In this document: one piece after another, positions 61,807 to 64,000 of the stretch
How positions within the stretch are numbered: position 1 is the first letter of the stretch
Layout of the letters: the number at the start of each line of letters is the position of its first letter
Origin: Squalus acanthias
Taxonomy: Eukaryota
Length of the DNA: 64,000 nucleotides
Assembly (NCBI GenBank): GCA_030390025.1
Contig: CM059433.1
Coordinates: 5,084,001-5,148,000 of the forward strand
Direction: 5' to 3'
Translations under genes and position numbers: made by a program
Notes under the pieces: generated by a model
Database searches by the model: none
What the model was told of the DNA's origin: nothing
What the model saw: the letters and a program-made list of their open reading frames with translations, nothing else

Positions 61807-62781
61807 ATTTTTCCTGCACTCTATTGAACACCGTTTTAAATGTTTCCCATTGCTGTTCTACATTGTTGTTTGCCAGTATTGTTACCCATTTTTGTTTCCC
61901 AAGTTCTATTCTCAGCCCCTCAAAATCAGCTTTTCTCCAACCTATTAACCTGGTTTTCGTCCTACAGATTATCTGGCCATTATCGCATTGCTGTTTGTGG
62001 GAGCTTGCTGTGCGCAAAATTGGCTGCCGCGTTTCCCACATTACAACAGTGACTCCACTTCAAAAATAAAGTACTTAATTTGCTGTAAAGTGCTTTGAGA
62101 CGTCCGGTGGTCGTGAAAGGCGCTATATAAATGCAAGCCTTTCTTTCTTTCTGAGGTGGGTAGAGATCCCTAATAGGGTTCCATGGTACATGCTCTTGGG
62201 AATGAACCGGTTTAGGAGGCTGACTTACCTTTTCTTGTTCTATACTTTCTTATATTTCTTTATTTGTTACATATTTATTCATCAGTTTTATTAGTTACAT
62301 TGCATATTAGTAGAGTTGAATGGGTTGGGAGAGAACTAATTCAGGTCTAAAACTGAGGATTTTCAAATTGTCCCTTTTGTTTTCCAGGTTCCGAGCAGAG
62401 CAAATTTCAGTTTGCATTTTCAAGTTTCTAAAAATAGTCCTCGTCTGCCCAGCAACAGAACTACACTTCAGTTGTGTCGCTACATTCATGTCCCAACTTC
62501 CTGTTTCCTTTATTTTGGAATGCCAGTTTTAGGCACTATTTGAAATAGTGTAAATATTGGAAACTCAACTATTTCAGCGGCGTTCACAATGGACCCAAAT
62601 GCGAGGTTCTGAATTTTTTGGGTCCTATAAATAGAAATATCAAAGAACACACTTTGGCAGAAAATCTGGAGATCCAGCCAGTCTCAGTGGGATTTTTAAA
62701 AAGTCTAAAAGTAATAGCCTGACTCATAAAGCACTGGATGTACTTAGGTATAAATAAATAAAAGGAATATAAATTTATTTG

Positions 62782-63245
62782 GGTGTCAGTCTTGGCTGAG
62801 TGGGTAGCACTCTCTCTCGCCTCTGAGTCAGAAGGTTGTGGGTTCAAGTCCCACTCCAGAGACTTGAGCACATAAAGCTAGGCTGACACTCCTGTGCAGT
62901 GCTGAGGGAGTGCTGCACTGTCAGAAGTGCTGTCTTTTGGATGAAATGTTAAACCGAGGCCCAGTCTGCTCTCTCAGGTGGATGTAAAAGATCCCATGGG
63001 CACGATTTGTAGAAGAGCAGAGGAGTTGTCCCCAGTATCCTGGCCAATAGTTATCCATCAACCAACACCAAAACAGAATATCTGGTCATTATCTCATTGC
63101 TGCTTGTGGGACCTTGCTCTGTGCAAATTGGCTGCCGAGGTTGCCCTACAACAGTGATTACACTTCAAATAGTACTTCACTGGCTGTAAAGTGCTCTGGG
63201 ATGTTGTGAATTTGTGAACGGTGCTATATAAATCCAATTCTTTTT
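62782..63245 (+). mobile_element. Deu-domain SINE, full length
   Basis: A box tggctgagtgg; B box ggttcaagtcc (62841-62851); core and tail. Confidence 0.85.
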
Positions 63246-63516
63246 TCTTTATTTATTTACTGATGTATGGTTGTTATCTATCTGGTTCTGGAGTAGACTG
63301 TCCAGAAATTTCGATCAGGTCTCCAGATTGCTGGGGTTGGAGAAGATGTCCGGGTTCATTTCCTCCATGGGCTTCATTTTAGTTTGGAGCATAGATTGGG
63401 TACGCAGTGGGCAGAGCGATTGCACCACTCGCCCAATGACATCATCAGATGTGCCAAGCTATTTTGATGGACTTGCCTTGTTTAACTTTGATAGACAAGC
63501 TGCCAGTGTGAATTTC

Positions 63517-64000
63517 AACAACAACTTGTATTTATATAGCGCCTTTAACGTAGTAAAACGTCCCAGGGCGCTGCACAGGAGTATTTTAAGACAAAAAAAT
63601 TTGACACCGAGCAACATAAGGATAAATTAGGGCAGGTGACCAAAAGCTTGGTCAAAGAGGTAGGTTTTAAGGAGCGTCTTAAAGGAGGAAAGAGAGGTGG
63701 AGAGGTGGAGAGGTTTAGGCAGGGAATTCCAGAGCTTAGGACCTAGGCAACAGAAGGCACGGCCACCAATGGTTGAGCGATTATAATCAGGGATGCTCAA
63801 GAGGGCAGAATTAGAGGAGCGCAGATATCTCGGGTGGGTTGTGGGGCTGAAGGAGATTACAGAGATAGGAAGGGGTGAGGCCATGGAGGGATTTGAAAAC
63901 AAGGATGAGAATTTTGAAATCGAGGCGCTGCTTAACTGGGAGCCAGTGTAGGTCAGCGAGCACAGGGGAGATGGGCGAACTGGACTCGGTGCGAGTTAGG
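63517..64000 (-). mobile_element. L2 3' fragment (runs off window)
   Basis: GRAFCCLGPKLWNSLP...FKTLLKTYLF. Confidence 0.88.

Noticed and set aside
62782..62860. tRNA gene
   Set aside because: The A/B boxes belong to a SINE head that continues into a Deu core and LINE tail; there is no complete cloverleaf.
47900..64000. Neighbouring gene (C2orf50/CIMIP5 expected from recalled human synteny)
   Set aside because: I could not find matching exons by eye; it may lie outside the window or have been missed.

Overview
Eukaryotic vertebrate DNA, most likely a cartilaginous fish (inferred from the repeat repertoire: CR1 and L2 LINEs, Deu-domain tRNA SINEs, Penelope-like elements). The one host gene I can support is a complete SLC66A3/PQLC3 on the minus strand: 7 coding exons at 709-47656, 615 nt, 204 aa, with a GT-AG U12-type intron 3. 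The rest is largely mobile DNA: many truncated CR1 and L2 copies, one young CR1 with an uninterrupted EN+RT ORF2 inside a CT-rich minisatellite, a solo LTR, Harbinger-type MITEs with 3-bp TSDs, and Penelope-like elements (PLEs) with minimal hammerhead ribozymes. The most notable observations are three. (1) Three related but diverged PLE copies all sit inside CR1 3' ends in the same orientation; two are at the identical site (TTGAATATACTCA) and form 250-450 bp fold-backs with a hammerhead on each arm. (2) A locally duplicated ~155-bp intronic element shows codon-like divergence, a 24-aa ORF and a conserved in-frame TGA. (3) A MITE family conserves palindromes and splice-donor motifs despite sequence divergence. 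Coordinates of old repeats are approximate, and all family assignments are by eye, not by database search.
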